Positions 10,545 through 20,103 of a DNA stretch of 64,000 nucleotides are shown piece by piece. The notes under the pieces are model-generated. The model saw only the letters and a program-made list of their open reading frames with translations. It was not told where the DNA came from and did no database searches. Every line of letters starts with the position of its first letter. Within the stretch, counting starts at the first letter, position 1. The position numbers and the translations under genes were made by a program. The stretch is from the IMG/VR virus record IMGVR_UViG_3300028832_000112, positions 1 to 64,000 of that record; one strand, given 5' to 3'. This DNA is from a virus (taxonomy: Duplodnaviria > Caudoviricetes).

Positions 10545-13028
10545 AATTTGGTCAATATCAACCGTGTAATCTATGGTGAAACGACGTATGATCAAGTTAT
10601 GGACATGCTTGACGTAGGCGAACCAATTATATGTATAATGCCGTCCGATACGGACGTTCCGTACTATAATCGTTCGTATGGTACAATAACTCAGGGTTCG
10701 ACGCTTGTGTACACAGGCCAAGACTACGACGGTTTTCACTTCGGTCATGAAATCAGTCACAGCACAAGCTCTGGCAATCCACCCGTTACGCTATATACAG
10801 AAGCAACACTTAGCAGTCAAGACGTATGGTCTCTAAAACTAAGAAATGCGTTTCAAATTGCTGGACTGAACGTGAACAACGACAGCGCTGATATCTCTAT
10901 TACGCCGTGGATGTCCACTACAGCAGCGCTGACTATCAATGGCGGTTCCACCGGAGAAACTGCAAAACGCTATATGCTTTTGCCTACTTCCGTAACGTCG
11001 TCTCCGGGACGTGTTGCTAATATGAACTTTGTCGGCTTCGACACCATGAGTGGAATGACACCGTGCATGACCGCTCTACTCAATTTTGCTGGCATGACCG
11101 TTGCTGGGGTCGAATATCCATACCAAACTGTACAGACTCAACGCCTATATGTTTCTAATTCGTCTGGTGACGCAGGGCTTGCGAGCCTAGATTTTACTGT
11201 AAATAACGCCTCGTCTAGTTATACGCTTCGAGTAGGCACCGAGTATATGGCTATCACCAAGCCGTACGACCGAACCAAGACGTACACAGAAGGCGATTTT
11301 TGTATAACCAAAGACGGCTTATGGCGACTGGATACACCATATACCCCGCCAGCCAATTTTACGCAAGCTAATTGGGAGAAGGTAACCATAATCGACTTGC
11401 TCGCTGAGAAACTGTCCGGCGTGGCACATGATAGTTCCCTTACTGGAGACGGCACAGCGAACAGCCCGTTGAGCGTTGTAGGGGGCGGCGGTGACTCGTG
11501 GAAGCAATGGTCGATAGACCATGACTCGTCCGGTACTTCTGACTCAGTATATATCGGAAAGAATAATTCTCTAACGGCACTCGATTCAATAGTCGTGGGC
11601 CATTCGAACAGCATTATAGGTACGAGCGAGGTATCTGTTTACGGCTACCACAATACGTTGACAAACAGTAACCAAAATTTATTTGTGACTGGTCGGTATA
11701 ATACACTCGATAGGATCATCCAAGGTGTAATTGTCGGCTCGGAGAATAAATTTACTGGTGTGTCAAACAATAGTCAGATAGTCGTGGTTGGAAACTCCAA
11801 CACGGGCGTAGGTACTACGTCTGGCGGACTACCAACGGCTGGCACCGCCTATCAAGCCGCAATAATCGGTATGCTGAACAAAACTACCGATGTCGATCTG
11901 GCAGCATCCTTCGGATACAACAACTCATTATCTCATTCTCGCCAATGTGCCGTATTCGGTTATTCCAACGACGTGAGCATATATGACTATAGCAGTCAGG
12001 CACAAACTACGGAAAACATTGTCGTAGGTACGTATGCAACTGTTAGAGGATATCGAGACGCAGTCTTGTCATCCTATGGATCAGTCGTGGGTGACCGTAA
12101 TGCCATAGTTACCGTATATGGTAGAGTAGGAAAAACTGGGCAAACTGGTGATGCCGGAAATGCCAACGAGAACATCGGCTTTATTGGATATCAAGGTGCA
12201 ATCGAAGCAGGGTCTAGCTGGAACTTTGCGATGTGCGAATATCATACTATAACAGGTTCCAATAACCGCGTGATATCAGCATACGGACACACGACTGGTA
12301 ATGATAACATTGACATCGGTTTAGCGAATGAGATCAATGGAACTTTATCCATGACGATAGGTGAACATAATACGGTGACCTCGGCATACAACGCTTTCAT
12401 ATTCGGCCATGCAAACACTTCTTCTTATGGAAACTCAACTGGTACACAGATCAGTATTGGACGATTGAACACTGTATCGTCATCAACGCTCGCCATTAAC
12501 ATTGGTCAAGAGAATACGATACAATATGGTAGCAGTATTACCGTTGGTCAAAACAATACGGCTCAAAATGGAAATAACGTCGTAATAGGTTTTGATAACC
12601 GAGCTGAATATGGATCATTCGTGATAGGTAATAGCATCCAACGAGGCAATACATCCGGAACATATTTCGCATTCGGTAATAACCTTATCGCTAATTACAA
12701 CCAAGTAGTTCTTGGGTATTATAATGAAGCGATTGGCGGTTATTCTTCAAACGCTACATTAATAGTAGGATGCGGAACCGACGCTGACCATCGAGCAAAC
12801 GCGATGGTTGTATACAAGGACGGAACGGTCAAGGCAAAGCGGTTCGTTTCCGATGACCCAGATATGACTCTGACTGCTGGAAACGGTATCGATATTGACA
12901 CCAACGTAAGTTCAGAAACGATTACGATTTCATCGAAAATCCCAGAACCACCGACAACCAACGGTACATATATGTTAAAATGCGAAGTATCAGATGGCGT
13001 AACAACATATAGTTGGATTACTGAATAA
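9675..13028 (+). CDS. Tail fibre/adhesin with tail-fibre repeat, CBM-like motif and YadA-head-like beta-roll repeats
   Basis: SAQGVVQLSNAIDSVSETNAATSKAVKDAYD repeat; YDRTKTYTEGDFC...LWR...NWEKV (CBM5/12-like); a long array of ~14-aa (V/I)G..N repeats ending in NATLIVGCGT...RANAMVVYKDG. Confidence 0.75.
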   Translation: MANEKIYVGETGAKELYRKVKALIPTEVPGNGKLKVQIGNAQSVETGFTANTDTDHTLVIESASTSAQGVVQLSNAIDSVSETNAATSKAVKDAYDALDAKMKARAVFFGSVEEWNTYKVAHPEGDPSKVYYVQTGSGEDKYTVYVWKVVPDGVSFYEETDESSISLEGYWHDSPTVVDDPNNTDTFVSGIALNQNGTVSVTRKSVQDVTASVSGSGGHHGLMTATDKEKLDGIEAGAQVNVKSDWTAAAGSASEILHKPGEYAGSDAGLVPHGTQYDQTKFLRGDGSWANLVNINRVIYGETTYDQVMDMLDVGEPIICIMPSDTDVPYYNRSYGTITQGSTLVYTGQDYDGFHFGHEISHSTSSGNPPVTLYTEATLSSQDVWSLKLRNAFQIAGLNVNNDSADISITPWMSTTAALTINGGSTGETAKRYMLLPTSVTSSPGRVANMNFVGFDTMSGMTPCMTALLNFAGMTVAGVEYPYQTVQTQRLYVSNSSGDAGLASLDFTVNNASSSYTLRVGTEYMAITKPYDRTKTYTEGDFCITKDGLWRLDTPYTPPANFTQANWEKVTIIDLLAEKLSGVAHDSSLTGDGTANSPLSVVGGGGDSWKQWSIDHDSSGTSDSVYIGKNNSLTALDSIVVGHSNSIIGTSEVSVYGYHNTLTNSNQNLFVTGRYNTLDRIIQGVIVGSENKFTGVSNNSQIVVVGNSNTGVGTTSGGLPTAGTAYQAAIIGMLNKTTDVDLAASFGYNNSLSHSRQCAVFGYSNDVSIYDYSSQAQTTENIVVGTYATVRGYRDAVLSSYGSVVGDRNAIVTVYGRVGKTGQTGDAGNANENIGFIGYQGAIEAGSSWNFAMCEYHTITGSNNRVISAYGHTTGNDNIDIGLANEINGTLSMTIGEHNTVTSAYNAFIFGHANTSSYGNSTGTQISIGRLNTVSSSTLAINIGQENTIQYGSSITVGQNNTAQNGNNVVIGFDNRAEYGSFVIGNSIQRGNTSGTYFAFGNNLIANYNQVVLGYYNEAIGGYSSNATLIVGCGTDADHRANAMVVYKDGTVKAKRFVSDDPDMTLTAGNGIDIDTNVSSETITISSKIPEPPTTNGTYMLKCEVSDGVTTYSWITE

Positions 13029-13040
13029 GGAGACTTACAG

Positions 13041-14330
13041 ATGGCTTTATGCAACATAAAAATCAATGTGGATTACGTACGTATCTACATTAAAAACAAC
13101 AGTTCGGCATTGGTTTCGAAAACACTGTACTTTGCCGAACCGAATTCGACTATTGAAATCCCGATTGAATTCACCACACCCATCATTACCGATGTAGGAA
13201 CTGTTTCGGATGGAAAGTTAATCATTTCGACGGCAACCACTGATATTACGGTTACAATAATCGATAATCCAGAAGTCGACATTACAATAACTAACAACAG
13301 CAGCTACATCTCCGTTCCGTCCGTGTATACGGCAACCGTGAATACGACTGCCGCTATTCCATTTGAATATATAAACGGCGGTAACCAACGGATGGTGTAT
13401 ATTGAAGGCGGACGCATTGATGGAAATACAATTTTAGTCGACGTTCACTCAGAACCAGTTTCCATTAACGTTGTAAACACAACAAGTATTACGGTGTCGG
13501 TTAGAAATAATGCACAATATCACGTCACGCCAGAGCAATTCACTGCACAGACCATATACTCTGGCGAGACAGCCGTCTTTGACGTAATCCTCGCCGACGA
13601 GTTTGATGCAAGTAATTTAGCGATTTCACCTATCGGATATATAGAAAACAGTAAACTATATGTACCAACAACAATCGCGAATAAGTCAAATATATCGGTT
13701 TCTATATATCGTACAACAAGCGACATAGTTGTGGTAGGTAGCACGGCGTCGGCAACAACATCGAAATACACCCCATTTTACTGCAATGGCAATTACAATA
13801 CGCTCAGCCAATTTTTGTATTCATCCAACACGATGATTAACCCATTACAATCAGGTGACATCATTAGCAAAATTGCGTTTAAGAAAAACAGTGGATCCGC
13901 ACAAAATATCGATGCCGACATATATATGCTTAACTCAAAGAAGTTGACTTATGGAAGCAGCGGAACAACGCCAATCCCAGATACATTTACATCCACAAAC
14001 AAAGTGTTCTCTGGTACAATAAGTATCCCCGAAGAAAATGATTGGATTGAGATCCCATTAGATACACCGTTCGCTGTGTCGCCAGCTAATCCATCCGCGT
14101 GGGGTGTCGCAGTCGGAATCTACATACATAGCGGTGGAAATCTAACTGAATTGCGATTCGATATCAACACGACCACAAATGTTAATAGTCTTGCATATCG
14201 TTCTAGCTCATCCACATTTAGTCCAGAGGAAACATATACAGGTTGGTCTAGTTCCAACGGACGCGCCGAATTACCTATTATGAAGGTTTGGCGTACTACT
14301 AGGATATCACCAGATACACCAGATGCATAA
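13041..14330 (+). CDS. Putative virion protein with Ig-like N-terminal repeats and a bacterial surface-protein-like C-terminal domain
   Basis: AAGGAG RBS; Ile/Thr-rich beta segments; C-terminal YNTLSQFLY...ISKIAF...DIYM...VFSG...DWIEIPLDTPF pattern. Confidence 0.6.
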   Translation: MALCNIKINVDYVRIYIKNNSSALVSKTLYFAEPNSTIEIPIEFTTPIITDVGTVSDGKLIISTATTDITVTIIDNPEVDITITNNSSYISVPSVYTATVNTTAAIPFEYINGGNQRMVYIEGGRIDGNTILVDVHSEPVSINVVNTTSITVSVRNNAQYHVTPEQFTAQTIYSGETAVFDVILADEFDASNLAISPIGYIENSKLYVPTTIANKSNISVSIYRTTSDIVVVGSTASATTSKYTPFYCNGNYNTLSQFLYSSNTMINPLQSGDIISKIAFKKNSGSAQNIDADIYMLNSKKLTYGSSGTTPIPDTFTSTNKVFSGTISIPEENDWIEIPLDTPFAVSPANPSAWGVAVGIYIHSGGNLTELRFDINTTTNVNSLAYRSSSSTFSPEETYTGWSSSNGRAELPIMKVWRTTRISPDTPDA

Positions 14331-14347
14331 TTTCAATACGATTAAAT

Positions 14348-14370
14348 AAGCCGCTGTAAAGCGGCTTTTT
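14348..14370 (+). terminator. Intrinsic terminator
   Basis: aagccgct-gtaa-agcggctt followed by a T tract. Confidence 0.85.
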
Positions 14371-14392
14371 ATGTATAAAATTATGCAAAACA

Positions 14393-14400
14393 AATAAACT
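14393..14400 (+). promoter_or_regulatory. Putative late promoter motif AATAAACT
   Basis: After a terminator and upstream of the holin-like gene. Confidence 0.6.
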
Positions 14401-14434
14401 ATCATACAAGGAAATTTCAGAAAGGTCTCCCACT

Positions 14435-14920
14435 ATGGATCTCTCTCAAATCACAGCGAATCTGCAGATTATATCGTCTTTTTTGGTCACGGTCACGGCC
14501 TTGCTGACAGCCATCATCGGACTTATAAAGCCAGTCCGTAAGTGGTTCATCAACCAGTTCCGCGCATACAGCAACAAGGAGACGAACGAGCGCATCGACA
14601 AGATCGAAGTCAATGTGGACAAGATCAGCACGTTCATCGACACCGTCGGCGAGAAGCTTACAGCGAAGTTCGCTCGCGACGCCGCCGAACAGCAGTTGAC
14701 CAAGGAAGCCATCAAGGCGATCCTCCGTAACCAGATGCTCGCCAGCTACAACCGTTCAGAGGAACGCGGATACATCGGAGACTGGGATCGAGACAACTTC
14801 GAACAGCTGTTCAACATCTACACCGAACTCGGCGGAAATTCCTACATGCATACGGTGCATGAGAAGGTCTTGCTCATGCCGCGTGTGCCAAAGGCAAAGA
14901 AGAAGACCAAGAAGAAATAG
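14435..14920 (+). CDS. Holin-like membrane protein
   Basis: Single N-terminal TM helix, coiled coil, and C-terminal AILRNQM...RGYI...NFEQLFNIYTELGGNS pattern seen in holin-annotated proteins of gut phages; basic tail. Confidence 0.6.
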   Translation: MDLSQITANLQIISSFLVTVTALLTAIIGLIKPVRKWFINQFRAYSNKETNERIDKIEVNVDKISTFIDTVGEKLTAKFARDAAEQQLTKEAIKAILRNQMLASYNRSEERGYIGDWDRDNFEQLFNIYTELGGNSYMHTVHEKVLLMPRVPKAKKKTKKK

Positions 14921-14931
14921 GAGGATTGCAC

Positions 14932-15282
14932 ATGGGTTGCCGTTGCAAACATCACGTTCCGCCTCGTCCGGTTCCGAGACCGCCTGTAGTGCCGTTTCCG
15001 CCGTTCATGCACCAGACACCGACATACGTCGGCCCAGGCTGCTGTTGCTGGCCGCTGCCTCCTCACTACTGGCATCCGTTCATGTACGGCCCTTGCGGAT
15101 GCTTCCCTCACTTTCCGCCGCATGGCCCTTCGCAGTACACGCCGTCGCACCTCTATCCGAACTTCTTCAACGTATGCGGTTGGCCGAGGTTCATTCCGCC
15201 GTTTCCCATCTTCATGCCGAGCCAGCCAGTGCCTAGACCGTTCACGCCTTGCATTCCGTTCGACCCAAGACTGAGGTGGTAG
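14932..15282 (+). CDS. Extremely Pro/Cys/His/Phe-rich small protein
   Basis: AGGAGG RBS at 14919; about one third Pro; GCCCWP and GPCGCFP motifs. Confidence 0.65.
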   Translation: MGCRCKHHVPPRPVPRPPVVPFPPFMHQTPTYVGPGCCCWPLPPHYWHPFMYGPCGCFPHFPPHGPSQYTPSHLYPNFFNVCGWPRFIPPFPIFMPSQPVPRPFTPCIPFDPRLRW

Positions 15283-15283
15283 T

Positions 15284-15631
15284 ATGTATCGCTATAACGA
15301 CCCAGTATTCCCTTGCTGCGGACTTCCGGATCCACAAAGTCCTAGCTATCCGTCTCCAGGCATCGCTCCGCCTCGTCCAGAGCCTTACTACGGCACTTTG
15401 AAGATCGTGGAGCACCATCCTACCGACGACGGCAAGTCGACCGCCGTACGCTATGCAGATGGCCGCTACGACGTTCTTCCGAACGCTTGCCTACTTGAAC
15501 CTGGCACCGGAATAAATGACGGCCCACGGTGTCAACCGTGGGACGATATTAGGGGAGATATTTCTGATTCCGAAGGGATGGACTTTCCGAACTTCGCCTT
15601 CAACAACTCCGACTGCGGCGCGACCTTCTAG
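15284..15631 (+). CDS. Pro/Cys-rich small protein
   Basis: GAGGTGG RBS, starts 1 nt after the previous stop; FPCCGLP N-terminus. Confidence 0.65.
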   Translation: MYRYNDPVFPCCGLPDPQSPSYPSPGIAPPRPEPYYGTLKIVEHHPTDDGKSTAVRYADGRYDVLPNACLLEPGTGINDGPRCQPWDDIRGDISDSEGMDFPNFAFNNSDCGATF

Positions 15632-16443
15632 TTCGGCGTAAATATCGAGTCGAATGCTTCCACGTACCCCGGTTCTTCAGCCGGGGTTTCCTTTACTACG
15701 GCTGGAAGGTTGGGGCGAGCGGCTACTCCGTGTGACACTGGGCCGAGGTCTACGTCCTCGCCAGCGCGGATCTTGTCGAGTACTCGGTATGGGTTCTCTC
15801 CGTTGACCGTGAAGGCTTCTGGGCCCATGTCGCCGAGGAATACCGTGTCGACGTACTTGTCGAGTTCTGGGTTTGGGTCTGCCTTGTACTTGGATGCGTT
15901 GTTGAATTCGAACTGCTGGGTTCTGGAAAGCACTGGGTTGATCTGTCCGGTGTACGGATCGTTCATTGCGGCCATGCTGTTGAAACGTGCGATGACGCTG
16001 GTGTCCATCGGGTTGGAGTTCTCTCCGTAGCCTCTTCCGAAGCATATCATTGTGGGTAGCTCTACGCCCTCGTTCAGGGCCTTCTTGGGCGACTTTACAC
16101 CCTCGAAGCACTGCATGCCCATGACCTCGTTGTACTTGGCCTTGGCCGCGTTAATGCGTTCGTCTATCTGTGCCAGCTGCTGTGGATCTGTGACCGAGCG
16201 CTTCTTGATGGAGAGCTGCTGTATCTCGTCGAGAAGCGGACGGCGTACAAGGGACATAGCGACGAAGTCAGCCGCCTTGCCCGGTTCTACGCCTTGTTCG
16301 AACATGTCGTCGGCACACTGGGTACTGTACTGGCTGAGCACGTCCGAGTTCGAAGGAATCTGTTTCGTTGCATGGAGTTCGTCTACCTTGGCCTGAAGGG
16401 CCTTGTTGTACTCGTCCATCCAGTTCTGTTGCTTGATCGTCAT
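15628..16443 (-). CDS. Hypothetical late protein (possible internal head protein)
   Basis: AAGGA RBS before ATG 16443; GATAAACT upstream; CFEG and LNEG sites resembling prohead-protease sites. Confidence 0.65.
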   Translation of the reverse strand: MTIKQQNWMDEYNKALQAKVDELHATKQIPSNSDVLSQYSTQCADDMFEQGVEPGKAADFVAMSLVRRPLLDEIQQLSIKKRSVTDPQQLAQIDERINAAKAKYNEVMGMQCFEGVKSPKKALNEGVELPTMICFGRGYGENSNPMDTSVIARFNSMAAMNDPYTGQINPVLSRTQQFEFNNASKYKADPNPELDKYVDTVFLGDMGPEAFTVNGENPYRVLDKIRAGEDVDLGPVSHGVAARPNLPAVVKETPAEEPGYVEAFDSIFTPN

Positions 16444-16468
16444 AGGGAGTCCTTGATGATACATGCAT

Positions 16469-16476
16469 AGTTTATC
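16469..16476 (-). promoter_or_regulatory. Putative late promoter motif GATAAACT
   Basis: agtttatc on the + strand, 25 nt upstream of ATG 16443. Confidence 0.6.
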
Positions 16477-16507
16477 GGTGCGGTGGAAAGATAGTAATTT
16501 TAGTTCT

Positions 16508-17488
16508 ATGGGCAAGAAATTCTGCATATATCCGCTGACGACTCTGAACGTTACGGTTCCACAGATTACGCCGTGCTGCTCGTCCATGCTTCGTGACGAT
16601 GTTCATGCATTGGTATCGTACGAATACCGTACACCGCTTGTATTGGTATGGAATTCCGATACGTGGAAATGGTGGCGCGACAAGATAGCGTCCGACAATT
16701 ACGAGCTTTGCGACAAGTGCTCGCAGAAGTCAGAGTTCGTTACCGAGGATGAACTACGCGCTATCGATCCGGATGTCGCCGACGAGGTTATCAGGTTCCG
16801 AAACGGAGACCGTACAGCGCTGTCTTCACCGTCAACCATGGTGCTGTCATTCGACCACTCGTGCAACTTGAGGTGCGTTACTTGCCGTCCGTCCGACAAG
16901 CCCTTGAGCAAGTGGCACTTGGATATGTTGTCCGAGTCCGTACTCTCCTATGTACGGACGATGAAGCGCGTGGTTATCGCCGGGGATGGCGAGGTCGCCG
17001 TGTCTCCGATCTACCGCAAGGTTCTCTCCGCCGTTGACGGGGATACCAAGATTACCCTGATGAGCAACGGAACCTTGCTGGACATGGATTTCTGGGGTTC
17101 GCTCGACGAAAGGGTGCTGCGCCATATCGACCGTGTGCATATATCGTGCGACGGAACCACGAAGGATGTGTACGAATCTGTCCGGCTGTACGGCTCGTTC
17201 GACAGATGGCTGGAGAACATGGCGGTCTTGATGGGATTGAAGGCCCAGTATGGCTGGACTACGAAACTGATGTACACGGTGAGCAAGAACAATTACGATG
17301 ATTTCCGCAACGTCGGCGAGTTCGCGCACCGCATCGGATTCGACGAGCTGTACATTGGCGTTGCCGCTCCGTGGTGCCGACCTACCGACGACGGAATCTG
17401 GATGACCGATAAAGTCCTTGGCCGTTACGAGCAACGTCTTGTAGGCGTTGTGGCCAAGCGTATGATGGAAGAATATCGCCGAAAATGA
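16508..17488 (+). CDS. Radical SAM protein with N-terminal SPASM/twitch-like Cys domain
   Basis: CNLRCVTC (CX3CX2C); AGDGE, MSNGT and ISCDG...YESVR motifs; N-terminal C.YP...PCC...WNS...CDKC. Confidence 0.85.
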   Translation: MGKKFCIYPLTTLNVTVPQITPCCSSMLRDDVHALVSYEYRTPLVLVWNSDTWKWWRDKIASDNYELCDKCSQKSEFVTEDELRAIDPDVADEVIRFRNGDRTALSSPSTMVLSFDHSCNLRCVTCRPSDKPLSKWHLDMLSESVLSYVRTMKRVVIAGDGEVAVSPIYRKVLSAVDGDTKITLMSNGTLLDMDFWGSLDERVLRHIDRVHISCDGTTKDVYESVRLYGSFDRWLENMAVLMGLKAQYGWTTKLMYTVSKNNYDDFRNVGEFAHRIGFDELYIGVAAPWCRPTDDGIWMTDKVLGRYEQRLVGVVAKRMMEEYRRK

Positions 17489-17494
17489 TAAACT
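17487..17494 (+). promoter_or_regulatory. Putative late promoter motif GATAAACT
   Basis: Overlaps the stop of the radical SAM gene, 26 nt before ATG 17521. Confidence 0.65.
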
Positions 17495-17520
17495 AGCCGT
17501 AGTAACGTTTAGGTTTCGCT

Positions 17521-20103
17521 ATGGCCAAGAAAAATTCATCTGTACTATGGACAGTCCAGCAATCGTTGGAGAAGACCGACAAGGAGTTGGCTCGTAAGAA
17601 TATTGGTTTCGATACTTTCCAGACGCCGAAGTCGGACTCCGGCAACGCATTGAAGTTTGTGACCGATATTGTTGAAGAATCCAACGGCGACTTGAAATAC
17701 AATACCAAGAGTGTCGAGGTGCTTGAGACCTATGACAGTACTTCAGGGAAGCCAGCTAGTGGTAAGTCGATCAAGGCCGCGATTGATACGTTGACTTCTT
17801 CCAGTACGCTGACTGGCGGCAACTACTATACCGGAATGACGGAAACTGCTGGCATTGTTACGTTGACTCAAGCGGCCATGGATACTTCGCCGACTCAGAA
17901 TAGCACAAAACCAGTGACCTCTGGTGGCGTCTTTACTGTCACAAATTCGTTAAGCAATTCAATCGATACTATCAATCAGACCATCAGCAACATGGATTAT
18001 ACGGACTCTGCTGTAGCTAATCAGTTTGTCACGTCCGTATCGGAAACCGATGGCGTCATATCCGTATCTAGGGCGCAGCCGACTGCGGCTGGCATCTCTG
18101 GATTGAAGGCGTTCTCTACAGTATCCGACGGTACATATTCGTTTGAAGCCGCCGCATACAATTCTACGTTGACGTTCGCGGCTGGTATGGCGATAGATCC
18201 TGTAGTCGATGCTACGAACAAGGTAGTGAAGTTTAACCACAAGGATTATAGGTCTGCCGAAGGCACGATTCTTCCGTCTAACGTTTCTCTAACTGGCTAT
18301 GACATCAAATTGCCGTGGGCGGTTTACAATAGGCAAGGACATATTACTGATAGCGGACAATATATCTTCAACGTAACGCATCCGGGCGCTGGCGAACTTC
18401 AGTTTAAGTTTGGGTCTGCGTCGGCAGTTTCTACTGGATTCAATGCTAATAGTGGATCCAACGTAACGTATACGTTCCCTAATGCTGATAAATCGGCTTA
18501 CGGCGTCACTAAGTTGTACAAATATGGTTCAACGGATCCGACGGATTGGAGCAGCTTTTCCACGCTGGACGATACTGCAGCTACGCCGAAGTCGGTTGCG
18601 CAGTATTTTTCTGATAATGACGACAAACAAATGGTTGGTACTGGGTCGCATGCTCCTACGACTGGTTATCCAGAGAGTCTGTATGTTCCATTTACGGTAT
18701 CATCCGTCGGTAACTATCAGCACTCTTATGTTAGCGTATCCAATACACCGCTCTTTGTAATCGACAAAGATACCAGTGATTATTACTCGGCAAAACTTAA
18801 TGGCAATACGTTGGCACAATATCAACCAGTTACTGGCACACCAGGCCAGCTGGCGAATCAAGTGATCGTTGCGAATGATAATGACCACGAAATGGTAACT
18901 CCGTTGACGGATACGATTGGTGATTCGTGCGATACCGATGTTGGCAATGGAAATTATATGCCAGTATTTATTAAGCAAGGTAAAATAACTGCATTGCCAC
19001 GATTGGAACCAGATTATCAGACTACTCCAACTAATTTACAAGGCATTACGATGCGTCTTGACTCGCAAGGCTGGTATTGTATTGGAACGCTTTCTTTGCA
19101 ATCGGTCTATAAGTATGTTGCTGGGACACCAGCATCTGGCGCTGATCCGGCGGTCGCTGCTAGATTTAATTTGACATCTAGTCGAGGTGTTTTGTATGGT
19201 GATGGTTTTGGATATAGCACGGACTTGGGATCATACTGGGATGTATCTGATTTGAATAAGGATAACCGCACCCCAGTTGTTGTCGAGGCTCCGTCGGTTA
19301 CGTATGCGGTGACGGTATTGGCTAGTAGTTGGAATAGTGGTTTTGAATACGAAGTATGGAATAAACACCGCTGGACTGACTATACTGATTGTGTGCGCTG
19401 CCGATTGGGTACTGATAATCCGGCATCGACTTCTAAATACGTTGCTACAAAAGCAATCGTTGGCAGCGGAGATATATGTATATTACCTCCGCACCATTGG
19501 GGCTTATTCTATGTAACTGTTGATGGCCATGGTTCATTAAGACTCGCTAGTGACGTATCTATGCTTGCGGAGTCTGGTTCACAAAATTTGTATTGCGTCA
19601 GTCCTGACTTATGTTCTCGGTGTCGTGTAGGCGATAACGTGGAAATCAAATATAATAATATCTCACAAATGGTTACAATTGCTAGCTTTGGAAGCGGTAA
19701 CGAGGTGCATTTTGACCGATCAGATAGTCGATTCGTCAATCATTCGTGTTCTATCACCTACCGAGAATCGTATGGTAAAGGTAGTGCTACTACGCTATCG
19801 TTCGGCATTCATGATACCGCTGGTGTCGGTGGCATAGACAGCGAGGGCGATCCCGACTGTTTGTACCACCAAAACGGTATTGTATGGACAGAATCAGATC
19901 CCCCGTACGGCGGCGAAAATAGTGTCAATAAGATGCCGCTTCATCATGCGTCGTTCATGTGTTATAATCCTAGCAATTCTGAAAAATACGTGACGTTTGC
20001 TACAGCTGGCCCGTCTGACGCTGAGTATACAATTTACAAGCAAATGCTCATTTTCAAAACGCCAGAACATGGTGGATTTAATATGCCGACTGTGTCGTCC
20101 TAA
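17521..20103 (+). CDS. Tail-fibre-like structural protein
   Basis: N-terminal VLWTVQQSL...ELARKNIG motif; DTSPTQNSTKPVTSGGV, NQFVTSVSETDGVISVSRA, and YGVTKL...DTAATPKSV fibre modules. Confidence 0.7.
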   Translation: MAKKNSSVLWTVQQSLEKTDKELARKNIGFDTFQTPKSDSGNALKFVTDIVEESNGDLKYNTKSVEVLETYDSTSGKPASGKSIKAAIDTLTSSSTLTGGNYYTGMTETAGIVTLTQAAMDTSPTQNSTKPVTSGGVFTVTNSLSNSIDTINQTISNMDYTDSAVANQFVTSVSETDGVISVSRAQPTAAGISGLKAFSTVSDGTYSFEAAAYNSTLTFAAGMAIDPVVDATNKVVKFNHKDYRSAEGTILPSNVSLTGYDIKLPWAVYNRQGHITDSGQYIFNVTHPGAGELQFKFGSASAVSTGFNANSGSNVTYTFPNADKSAYGVTKLYKYGSTDPTDWSSFSTLDDTAATPKSVAQYFSDNDDKQMVGTGSHAPTTGYPESLYVPFTVSSVGNYQHSYVSVSNTPLFVIDKDTSDYYSAKLNGNTLAQYQPVTGTPGQLANQVIVANDNDHEMVTPLTDTIGDSCDTDVGNGNYMPVFIKQGKITALPRLEPDYQTTPTNLQGITMRLDSQGWYCIGTLSLQSVYKYVAGTPASGADPAVAARFNLTSSRGVLYGDGFGYSTDLGSYWDVSDLNKDNRTPVVVEAPSVTYAVTVLASSWNSGFEYEVWNKHRWTDYTDCVRCRLGTDNPASTSKYVATKAIVGSGDICILPPHHWGLFYVTVDGHGSLRLASDVSMLAESGSQNLYCVSPDLCSRCRVGDNVEIKYNNISQMVTIASFGSGNEVHFDRSDSRFVNHSCSITYRESYGKGSATTLSFGIHDTAGVGGIDSEGDPDCLYHQNGIVWTESDPPYGGENSVNKMPLHHASFMCYNPSNSEKYVTFATAGPSDAEYTIYKQMLIFKTPEHGGFNMPTVSS

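Noticed and set aside
14932-15631. Rz/Rz1 spanin pair after the holin
   Set aside because: No TM helix, signal peptide or lipobox in either ORF.
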